From the NCBI GenBank assembly GCA_963664875.1, contig OY761611.1, forward strand, positions 1,056,001 to 1,120,000: a DNA stretch of 64,000 bases, in the 5' to 3' direction. Below, in pieces: positions 50,975 through 59,806 of this stretch. The number at the start of each line of letters is the position of its first letter. The stretch's first letter is position 1. The DNA is from Candidatus Kapaibacterium sp. (lineage in GTDB: Bacteria; Bacteroidota; Ignavibacteria; Kapaibacteriales; UBA2268). The notes under the pieces are model-generated. The model saw nothing but the letters and a program-made list of their open reading frames with translations, had not been told where the DNA came from and did not search any database. The position numbers and the translations under genes are program-made.

Positions 50975-52309
50975 CTAAAGAGAATTTACTGCAGATTTGA
51001 AAACCTGCCCTCTGTGCTCGAAGTTATCAAACATATCAAATGATTTGCAGGCAGGAGTAAATAAAACTAACTCACCGAAATCAGCAATTTCTGCTGCCAA
51101 CCTGACTGCTTCTTCAAGAGTGTGAGCTCTATCTACTTTGGTTTTTAAACAAAAATGATTGAAAATAGCATCTGCTTCTTCGCCTATAGCTATTATACTT
51201 TTCACATTTTTATCTACTAGAGAGTCTAACTGCGAATAGTCATTATTATCTCCTCTGCCTCCGGCTATCCATATTATCGGTTTTTTATAACTTGAGAGTG
51301 CATACCAAGTTGCATTGATATTTGTTGCTTTCGAATCATTTACAAAATCCACTCCCATAAAGCTCCTTACAAATTCTAATCTGTGCTCAACCCCTTGGAA
51401 GCTCATCAGACTATCTCTGATGTTTTCATTGCGAATCTCGAGAACGCGAGCAGCCAATGCCGCCGCCATTGAATTGTAAGTATTATGAATACCCGGTAGA
51501 GATAATTTTTCTACTGCCATTAGTTCCTCCGTTTTATGCTGCTGTGAGACGGTATATTTGATAGTTCCACCTTCTGTATAAATCCCCCGATTTAAAGGTG
51601 AAACCGAAAAGAATAATAAATTGGCTTTGGTCTTTATGTCGGACGCTATTAATGCGTCGTCATCGCCGTTTATTATTAAATAATCTTCTGCTGTTTGATT
51701 AGCTGTAATTTTGTACTTTGCCTCTCTGTAATTATCCAAACTCCCATGATAGCTGAGATGATCAGGAGTCAAATTTAAAATAATAGCCACATCAGGACGG
51801 AATTTCTTAGTTCTGTCTAACTGATAGCTGCTAAGTTCTAATACTATTACAGAATCTTTCTGCAAGTCGGGAATGACTGCGGAAAGAGGTGTGCCGATAT
51901 TGCCACAAACATGAACATCTACCCCTGCCTGTTGCAATATATGACCGGTCAGTGCAGTAGTAGTAGTTTTGCCGTTGGTGCCTGTGATAGCTATAATTTT
52001 GTGGTTTGTAAATTCCCAGGCAAATTCTAACTCACTTATAATATCCATTTCTCTTTTTTCCGCTTCGACAATAAAATCAGCTGTCGGAGGTACCCCCGGA
52101 GAAAGGATAATTCTGTCAGAATCAAGTATCTTTTCGTTAGTGTTAGTGCCGAACTCAAATTCTACTCCGATTTTTTCGAGTTCAATTGCAGTTTCGGCAT
52201 ATTTTTCTTTTGGTTTGCTTTCGGATAAGAATACATCATATCCTTTGGAGCGGGCTAATTTTGCTGCTGCAAGTCCGCTTCTTCCTGCTCCTATTATAGA
52301 AATCTTCAT
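50975..52309 (-). CDS. murD: UDP-N-acetylmuramoyl-L-alanine:D-glutamate ligase
   Basis: SPGVP, ITGTNGKTTT, GNIG, ELSSYQL, PDHL, HRLE, NDSKATN, PACKSFD..NFEHRG. Confidence 0.97.
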   Translation of the reverse strand: MKISIIGAGRSGLAAAKLARSKGYDVFLSESKPKEKYAETAIELEKIGVEFEFGTNTNEKILDSDRIILSPGVPPTADFIVEAEKREMDIISELEFAWEFTNHKIIAITGTNGKTTTTALTGHILQQAGVDVHVCGNIGTPLSAVIPDLQKDSVIVLELSSYQLDRTKKFRPDVAIILNLTPDHLSYHGSLDNYREAKYKITANQTAEDYLIINGDDDALIASDIKTKANLLFFSVSPLNRGIYTEGGTIKYTVSQQHKTEELMAVEKLSLPGIHNTYNSMAAALAARVLEIRNENIRDSLMSFQGVEHRLEFVRSFMGVDFVNDSKATNINATWYALSSYKKPIIWIAGGRGDNNDYSQLDSLVDKNVKSIIAIGEEADAIFNHFCLKTKVDRAHTLEEAVRLAAEIADFGELVLFTPACKSFDMFDNFEHRGQVFKSAVNSL

Positions 52310-52491
52310 AACTGTAGTTACTCTTATGCAAAAATTTCTTAAATTGACTTTATGCTGCTTGAAGTAGCAAATTTACATATTATTCAGTAATTTTATTTAA
52401 TTTTTATGCTTACGTGGAAAACTTTATATTTGAAATAAAGACAAAAACAGTCCGTTTTATTTGATAAATGTTAAACTAAACAAAGTTATTT

Positions 52492-53067
52492 ATGGCTGTA
52501 TTACCAATATACAACAGTTTTCATCCCATTCTCAAAAACAAAGCTTCCAAAGTAGAAGCGATTGACGATTCGGTCAGGCAATTGGTAGATGATATGTTTG
52601 AGACTCTATACAATATAAGCAACGGGGTCGGACTTGCTGCAAATCAGGTAGGCGACAAACGTGCGGTAATTATTATAGACCTCGGAGTCGGAGAAGATGA
52701 AGAAGAAAAGCTAAGCGAAAAAATAGTAATGATCAATCCGGAAATAATTGACAGCTCCGAAAATACTGATGACGACTACGAAGGTTGCCTTAGCGTGCCC
52801 GAATATTTTGAGAAAGTTGTACGCCCTGCTCAAATCAAAGTAAAATATTACGACTTAGATATGCAAGAGATTGTCCGAGATGTTGATGGTTTCCTTGCCA
52901 GATGCATGCAGCACGAAATCGACCATCTCAATGGTGTACTTTTCTACGAAAGACTTTCCGGTCTAAGGAAGACACTTGGACAAAACAAGTTGAAAAAAAT
53001 CAAAAAGGGCAACATAGTACCTGATTATCCTATGATAAATGCTGACGGGAAACCGCAAAAGCAATAG
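52492..53067 (+). CDS. def: Peptide deformylase
   Basis: GVGLAANQVG, EGCLSVP, QHEIDHLNG. Confidence 0.97.
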   Translation: MAVLPIYNSFHPILKNKASKVEAIDDSVRQLVDDMFETLYNISNGVGLAANQVGDKRAVIIIDLGVGEDEEEKLSEKIVMINPEIIDSSENTDDDYEGCLSVPEYFEKVVRPAQIKVKYYDLDMQEIVRDVDGFLARCMQHEIDHLNGVLFYERLSGLRKTLGQNKLKKIKKGNIVPDYPMINADGKPQKQ

Positions 53068-53096
53068 GAGTAAGTAGTTTAAGATTGCGTAAGATT

Positions 53097-53190
53097 AGCC
53101 AAAGAAGTCAGTTCTCTTTTGGCTCTAAAAATACCCTGAATAAAGTTTGTCGAATCGCTAAACATAGAGGGGGAAAGAACAATCCCCCCT
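53097..53190. terminator. Two hairpins between convergent def and the T9SS array
   Basis: AGCCAAAGAAG...CTCTTTTGGCT and AGGGGGA...TCCCCCCT. Confidence 0.5.
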
Positions 53191-53212
53191 ATTACTAAAA
53201 TATATTTGCCAT

Positions 53213-53241
53213 ATTAAAAACAAGAAAAAGAGTTTACTCAT
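53213..53241 (-). pseudogene. Stub of a seventh start (MSKLFFLFLI) downstream of the last copy
   Basis: ATGAGTAAACTCTTTTTCTTGTTTTTAAT, 2 nt after the copy-6 stop, nearly identical to the copy-2 start ATGAGTAAATTCTTTTTCTTGTTTTTTAT. Similarity then ends abruptly. Confidence 0.8.
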
Positions 53242-53243
53242 AT

Positions 53244-54557
53244 CTATTCTCCTTTTATGAGTTTATAAGAAATTGCTGTGTCGGCGTAAACTATCTGAAG
53301 AATATACATACCTTTAGCAAGTTTATCCAAAATTAGAGCAATACCTTCTTCATTTGTATTTATCTGTACGAGATAAGTAACTTCTCTTCCGCCTTCATCA
53401 AATAGTTTTATATTTTCCCTAGGAATGTAATATTTGCAAGGAAGAAAAACTTGGTTTGTAGTAGGATTTGGATATAAGACAGTTCCTTCCAAGTCTTCTA
53501 CAATGCTTGAGTCAAAGAAATACTTGCCTGAAGAGATATTGTAAGGGCTGCTACCAATAATAACATCCTTTGTAGAAATGATAGGACGAAACCATCCATA
53601 ATGATAATCATTCTCTTTATCATAGAGAGATATTTTATTACTGATATCAATAATTATAGTTTGCAGACTTAACGTTGTGAGTATGAAGGTTTCTTCCTTA
53701 AAAAAATCGATAGTGCCACCACCGTATTGATTGCCCTTTATGTCAAAAGAGTTATTAATAATAGAATTTTTATCAATACTGAATATAAAAAATCCCATGT
53801 GGTTTTCATCGGTAGAATTGTGTTTAAAGATTCCAGAAATATATAATAAATCAGAATTTGAAGGTGAAAATTTCAAATCTCCTGGAGAACCCCATTTCTC
53901 AGTAGTTTGCGGAACTAATTCATAATCCACAACTAATTTATTCGTTTCAGTTTCCCAAACAAAGAGTCGAGAATGTCCCTCGCTAACAGAAGCAAAATAT
54001 CTGTTATCCGGAGAGATAGCAAAAATATAGAAATAGTTATTGTGTTGATTCTCGGTAGTTAACTCGAATTTTTCAGTAAGTGATTCTGCATCATAAACTC
54101 TAATTTCATGATAATAGCTGTAATTACCAGCATCATTAAATTGATATTCTAAGTTTAAATAAATATTGTTCCTGTCATTATCAACAGCAATGTTTTTGTA
54201 TCGTATTTCCCAACCATCTTTTACAGTAGGCAGAGTTTCTTCCTGAATAATATTCATCTCATTCAGATCTACCTTAACCAGTCGCGCACCTGAAAGCACT
54301 AGAGCAGTTTGCCCGCCTTTCATGAGTTCAAACTTAGAGGCATCAATTTCAGGAATTCGGCGAAGCAACTCACCAGTTTCAGAGTTATGCACAGCTAAGT
54401 CCACATTAGACCCGGCAACGAACTCTTCGTCGTTATTGATAAAATGCAACGAATAGACATTTTTGTCAGGGGTCGGAATTGACCATAAAAACTTCATTTC
54501 ACCTGCCTGAGTGGCAAGTGTTAGGAGAATAAAACACAAGAAAAAGATCTTACTCAT
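53244..54557 (-). CDS. Array copy 6: T9SS cargo, WD40/YVTN-like beta-propeller plus type A CTD
   Basis: Signal peptide TQA-G, propeller-like FAISPDNRYFAS...LFVWETETNKL and LKFSPS, CTD LYPNP...LAKGMYIL...YKLIK. Confidence 0.85.
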   Translation of the reverse strand: MSKIFFLCFILLTLATQAGEMKFLWSIPTPDKNVYSLHFINNDEEFVAGSNVDLAVHNSETGELLRRIPEIDASKFELMKGGQTALVLSGARLVKVDLNEMNIIQEETLPTVKDGWEIRYKNIAVDNDRNNIYLNLEYQFNDAGNYSYYHEIRVYDAESLTEKFELTTENQHNNYFYIFAISPDNRYFASVSEGHSRLFVWETETNKLVVDYELVPQTTEKWGSPGDLKFSPSNSDLLYISGIFKHNSTDENHMGFFIFSIDKNSIINNSFDIKGNQYGGGTIDFFKEETFILTTLSLQTIIIDISNKISLYDKENDYHYGWFRPIISTKDVIIGSSPYNISSGKYFFDSSIVEDLEGTVLYPNPTTNQVFLPCKYYIPRENIKLFDEGGREVTYLVQINTNEEGIALILDKLAKGMYILQIVYADTAISYKLIKGE

Positions 54558-54559
54558 CT

Positions 54560-55870
54560 CTACTCTCCTTTTATGAGTTTATAAGAAATAGCCGTGTCGG
54601 CATAAACTATCTGAAGAATATACATACCTTTAGCAAGTTCATTCAAAATTAGAGTAATACCTTCTTCATTTGTATTTATCTGTACGAGATAAGTAACATC
54701 TCTTCCGCCTTCATCAAATACTTTAATGTTTTCTCTTGGGATGAAATATTCGCAAGGAAGGAAAACCTGATTTGTCGTAGGGTTAGGATATAAGACAGTA
54801 TCTTCCAAGTCTTCCACAATGCTGGAGTCAAAATAGTATCTACCCGAAGATATCCCATCTGGACTACTACCAATAATTAAATCATTTTTGGAAATAATCG
54901 GACGGTACCATCCATAATTATAATCGTGTCTTTCATTATAAATAGTTTGATTTTGATTTACATTGACTATTATAGTACGATAACCTACAGTAATGAGTAT
55001 ATCATTATCATTAGTAAAGAAATCAACAGTTCCTGTCCAAAAAGGTTTTTCTATAAAAAATGTATTGCTTACTATTGAGTTACTATTTATACTAAACATA
55101 AAAAATCCTCTATGAATATCATCGTTAGAATTATGTCTAAATGCTCCTGAAACAAACAATAAATCAGAATCAGAAGGAGAAAATTCTAAGTCTGCAGGAT
55201 TGCCCCATTCGTTTGAGGATTCAGGCATTAAAGGATAATCTACTACTAATTTATTCGTTTCAGTTTCCCAAACAAAGAGTCGAGAATGTCCCTCGCTAAC
55301 AGAAGCAAAATATCTGTTATCAGGAGAGATAGCAAAAATATAGAAATAGTTATTGTGTTGATTCTCGGTGGTTAACTCAAATTTTTCAGTAAGTGATTCT
55401 GCATCATAAACTCGAATTTCATGAAAATAGCTGTAATGACCAGCATCATTAAATTGATATTCTAAGTTCAAATAGATATTGTTTCTGTCATTATCAACAG
55501 CAATGTTTTTGTATTGTATTTCCCAACCATCTTTTACAGTCGGCAGAGTTTCTTCCTGAATAATATTCATCTCATTCAGATCTACCTTAACCAGTCGTGC
55601 ACCTGAAAGTACTAAAGCAGTTTGCCCGCCTTTCATGAGCTCAAACTTAGAGGCATCAAGTTCAGTAAGGCGACGAATCAGTTCACCTGTTTCAGAGTTA
55701 TGCACAGCTAAATCCACATTAGACCCGGCAACAAATTCCTCATCGTTATTGATGAAACGAAGCATAAAAACATTTTTATCCGGCGTAGGCACCGACCATA
55801 AAAACTTCATTTCACCTGCCTGAGTGGCAAGTGTCAGGAGAATAAAAAACAAGAAAATGAATTTACTCAT
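54560..55870 (-). CDS. Array copy 5: T9SS cargo beta-propeller protein
   Basis: Intact 436-aa paralogue with the same architecture. Confidence 0.85.
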   Translation of the reverse strand: MSKFIFLFFILLTLATQAGEMKFLWSVPTPDKNVFMLRFINNDEEFVAGSNVDLAVHNSETGELIRRLTELDASKFELMKGGQTALVLSGARLVKVDLNEMNIIQEETLPTVKDGWEIQYKNIAVDNDRNNIYLNLEYQFNDAGHYSYFHEIRVYDAESLTEKFELTTENQHNNYFYIFAISPDNRYFASVSEGHSRLFVWETETNKLVVDYPLMPESSNEWGNPADLEFSPSDSDLLFVSGAFRHNSNDDIHRGFFMFSINSNSIVSNTFFIEKPFWTGTVDFFTNDNDILITVGYRTIIVNVNQNQTIYNERHDYNYGWYRPIISKNDLIIGSSPDGISSGRYYFDSSIVEDLEDTVLYPNPTTNQVFLPCEYFIPRENIKVFDEGGRDVTYLVQINTNEEGITLILNELAKGMYILQIVYADTAISYKLIKGE

Positions 55871-55872
55871 CT

Positions 55873-57187
55873 CTATTCTCCTTTTATGAGTTTATAAGAA
55901 ATAGCCGTGTCAGCATAAACTATCTGAAGAATATACATACCTTTAGCCAGTTTATCCAGAATTACTGTAATACCTTCTTCATTTGTATTTATCTGAACAA
56001 GATAAGTAACTTCTCTTCCGCCTTTATCAAATACTTTAATGTTTTCTCTTGGGATGAAATATTCGCAAGGAAGGAAAACCTGATTTGTCGTAGGATTTGG
56101 GTATAAGATTGTTTCTTCCAAGTTTTCCACAATGCTTGAGTCGAAGGAATATTTACCAGCTGATAAACTTAATTGACTCGCCCCTATTATTAGATTATCA
56201 CTTTTAGTGATGATTGGATCTGACCAAATATAGTTATCAGAATTAAGTGCGCTAAAAACAATTTTGTTTTCCATAATATCTAAAATTTTAACTATTTCTC
56301 TGCTAGTGTTTAGAATATAATTCTCATTTTTAAAAAATGCAACTGTACTCCATCCTAATTGAGAGTCGTATTGATCAAATGCAGAATTTATTATCTCATT
56401 CTTTTCTATATCAAATATCTTAATACCTTGATGGTTTTCATCCGAAGCGGATTGTTTAAAACGACCAGTTAATAATATTATATTAGCGTTATCTAAAGAA
56501 AACTCTATATCTGCGGGATATCCCCATTCCAAAGTAGTTTGAGGAACTAATTCATAATCCACAACTAATTTATTCGTTTCAGTTTCCCAAACAAAGAGTC
56601 GAGTGTCCCTCACTAACAGAAGCAAAATATCTGTTATCCGGAGAGATAGCAAAAATATAGAAATAGTTATTGTGTTGATTCTCGGTGGTTAACTCAAATT
56701 TTTCAGTAAGTGATTCTGCATCATAAACTCGAATTTCATGATAATAGCTGTAATTACCAGCATCATTAAATTGATATTCTAAGTTTAAATAAATATTGTT
56801 CCTGTCATTATCAACAGCAATGTTTTTGTATTGTATTTCCCAACCATCTTTTACAGTCGGCAGAGTTTCTTCCTGAATAATATTCATCTCATTCAGATCT
56901 ACCTTAACCAGTCGTGCACCTGAAAGTACTAAAGCAGTTTGCCCGCCTTTCATGAGCTCAAACTTAGAGGCATCAAGTTCAGTAAGGCGACGAATCAGTT
57001 CACCTGTTTCAGAGTTATGCACAGCTAAATCCACATTAGACCCGGCAACAAATTCCTCATCGTTATTGATGAAACGAAGCATAAAAACATTTTTATCCGG
57101 TGTAGGCACCGACCATAAAAACTTCATTTCACCTGCCTGAGTGGCAAGTGTCAGGAGAATAAAAAACAAGAAAATGAATTTACTCAT
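55873..57187 (-). pseudogene. Array copy 4, frameshifted by a 2-nt deletion at ~56603
   Basis: GGA CAT TCT CGA CTC (GHSRL) in the sibling copies versus GGA CAC TCG ACT C here. Gene span is 1315 nt, and restoring 2 nt gives 439 codons. Confidence 0.85.
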
Positions 57188-57189
57188 CT

Positions 57190-58497
57190 CTATTCTCCTT
57201 TTATGAGTTTATAAGAAATAGCCGTGTCAGCATAAACTATCTGAAGAATATACATACCTTTAGCCAGTTTATCCAGAATTACTGTAATACCTTCTTCATT
57301 TGTATTTATCTGAACAAGATAAGTAACTTCTCTTCCGCCTTTATCAAATACTTTAATGTTTTCTCTTGGGATGAAATATTCGCAAGGAAGGAAAACCTGA
57401 TTTGTCGTAGGATTTGGGTATAAGACAGTTTCTTCCAAGTCTTCTACTATGCTTGAATCAAAGAAGTATTTACCGGCGGATAATTGATAAGCTGCTCCAA
57501 TTATTATATCTTCTCTCGAAATTATTGGAGAAGGCCAACTATATGTATAATGATGAGCTTCGTTGTAAATAATATTTTTATGATTCAAATCATAAATAAA
57601 ACATAAGTCATTTCTTGTAAGCAACAAATAATTTATATTTTTAAAAAAGTTTATAATGCCCGAGTGTTGAAGACCAGACACATTAAATGTATTGTCAATA
57701 ATTATTTTTTTGTTAATGTCGAAAATAAAAATACCCTGATGGTCTTCATCTTTAGAATTATGTCTAAATGCTCCTGATACATACAATAAATCAGAATCAG
57801 AAGGAGAAAATTCTAAGTCTGCAGGATTGCCCCATTCGTTTGAGGATTCAGGCATTAAAGGATAATCCACTACTAATTTATTAGTTTCAGTTTCCCAAAC
57901 AAAGAGTCGAGAATGTCCTTGAGTAACAGAAGCAAAGTACTTGCAATCCACTGATATTTTAAAGACTGCAAATAAGTATTTACGTTGCTCACCTGTCGTA
58001 AGTTCAAATTCTTCTTTCAGAGTTTCCGCACTATAAACCATGATTTTATGATAGAATGTTTCATTACCTCCATCATTAAAATTTAATCGAGCATCCAAAT
58101 ATATTTTACTTCTTATAGGATCTAAAACTAATGCTCTATAGCTTATAGACCAACCATTCTCATCTGTCTTTAGTGTTTCTTCCTGAATAATATTCATCTC
58201 GTTCAGATCTACCTTAACAAGGCGTGCACCTGAAAGCACTAGAGCAGTTTGCCCGCCTTTCATAAGCTCAAACTTAGAGGCATCAATTTCAGGGAGGCGA
58301 CGAAGCAGTTCACCTGTTTCAGAGTTATGCACAGCCAAGTCCACATTAGATCCGGCAACAAATTCTTCATCGTTATTGATAAAATGCAACGAATAGACAT
58401 TTTTATCAGGGGTCGGAATTGACCATAAAAACTTCATTTCACCTGCCTGAGTGGCAAGTGTCAGGAGAATAAAACACAAGAACAAGATCTTACTCAT
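57190..58497 (-). CDS. Array copy 3: T9SS cargo beta-propeller protein
   Basis: Intact 435-aa paralogue with a unique central block KTDENGWSISY... Confidence 0.85.
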   Translation of the reverse strand: MSKILFLCFILLTLATQAGEMKFLWSIPTPDKNVYSLHFINNDEEFVAGSNVDLAVHNSETGELLRRLPEIDASKFELMKGGQTALVLSGARLVKVDLNEMNIIQEETLKTDENGWSISYRALVLDPIRSKIYLDARLNFNDGGNETFYHKIMVYSAETLKEEFELTTGEQRKYLFAVFKISVDCKYFASVTQGHSRLFVWETETNKLVVDYPLMPESSNEWGNPADLEFSPSDSDLLYVSGAFRHNSKDEDHQGIFIFDINKKIIIDNTFNVSGLQHSGIINFFKNINYLLLTRNDLCFIYDLNHKNIIYNEAHHYTYSWPSPIISREDIIIGAAYQLSAGKYFFDSSIVEDLEETVLYPNPTTNQVFLPCEYFIPRENIKVFDKGGREVTYLVQINTNEEGITVILDKLAKGMYILQIVYADTAISYKLIKGE

Positions 58498-58499
58498 CT

Positions 58500-59804
58500 C
58501 TATTCTCCCTTAATAATTTTGTATGAAATAGCTTCATTAGCATAAACTACCTGAAGAACATACATACCTTTAGCAAGTTCATTCAAAAATAGCGTAATAC
58601 CTTCTTCATTTGTATTTATCTCAACAAAAGAAGTAACTTCTCTTCCGCCCTGATCAAATACTTTTATATTTTCTAGAGGAATGTCATATTCACAAGGAAG
58701 GAATACCTGATTTGTTGTAGGATTTGGATATAACACGGTTCCCTCTAAATCTTCAACGATGCTGGAGTCAAAGAAGTATCTTCCCGAAGATAATCCATCA
58801 GGACTGCTACCAATGATTACATCATTTTTTGAAATTAGCTGACGATACCAACCATACTTAAAATCATGTCTTTCATTGTAGATAGTTTCATTTTGACTGA
58901 CATTCACTATTATTGTAGTATTACTTATAGTCATCAGCATAAAGTTATTATTTGTAAAGAAATCTATTGTACCATTCCAAAATGGATTTACTATATAAAA
59001 ATAATCATCTACTATTTTTGTATTACTTATATTGAAAATAAAAAATCCTCTATGATCATTATTTGAATTTTGTTTAAAAGCACCTGAAACATATAATAAG
59101 TTAGAATTGGAAGGTGAAAAGTTTAAATCATCAGGAGATCCCCATTCATTTGAGGATTCAGGCATTAAAGGATAATCTACTACTAATTTATTAGTTTCAG
59201 TTTCCCAAACACGAAGGTAGGATTTTCCATCATTAACTGCTGCGAAATACTTACAATCTGCCGAAATAGTAAAATAGAAAGGGTCGTCATGTTGATCTTC
59301 TGTTGTAAGTTCAAATTTTTCAGTAAGTGATTCCAAATCGTAAACTCGAATTTCATTTGAGTAACTGAAGTTTCCTGCATCATTAAATTGATATTCTAAA
59401 CTTAAGTATATATTGTTTCTGTTTGTGTCAATTGTTAAATTTTTGTATTGTATTTCCCAACCATCTTTTACAGTAGGCAGAGTTTCTTCCTGAATAATAT
59501 TCATCTCATTCAGATCTACCTTAACAAGGCTTGCTCCTGAAAGTACTAGAGCAGTTTGCCCGCCTTTCATAAGCTCAAACTTAGAGGCATCAATTTCAGG
59601 AATGCTACGAAGCAGTTCACCTGTTTGAGAGTTATGTACAGCTATATCCACATTAGACCCGGCAACAAATTCCTCATCGTTATTGATGAAACGAAGCATA
59701 AAAACATTTTTATCCGGCGTAGGCACCGACCACAAAAACTTCATTTCACCTGCCTGAGTGGCAAGTGTCAGGAGAATAAAAAACAAGAAAAAGAATTTAC
59801 TCAT
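58500..59804 (-). CDS. Array copy 2: T9SS cargo beta-propeller protein
   Basis: Intact 434-aa paralogue with the most divergent CTD. Confidence 0.85.
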   Translation of the reverse strand: MSKFFFLFFILLTLATQAGEMKFLWSVPTPDKNVFMLRFINNDEEFVAGSNVDIAVHNSQTGELLRSIPEIDASKFELMKGGQTALVLSGASLVKVDLNEMNIIQEETLPTVKDGWEIQYKNLTIDTNRNNIYLSLEYQFNDAGNFSYSNEIRVYDLESLTEKFELTTEDQHDDPFYFTISADCKYFAAVNDGKSYLRVWETETNKLVVDYPLMPESSNEWGSPDDLNFSPSNSNLLYVSGAFKQNSNNDHRGFFIFNISNTKIVDDYFYIVNPFWNGTIDFFTNNNFMLMTISNTTIIVNVSQNETIYNERHDFKYGWYRQLISKNDVIIGSSPDGLSSGRYFFDSSIVEDLEGTVLYPNPTTNQVFLPCEYDIPLENIKVFDQGGREVTSFVEINTNEEGITLFLNELAKGMYVLQVVYANEAISYKIIKGE

Positions 59805-59806
59805 CT

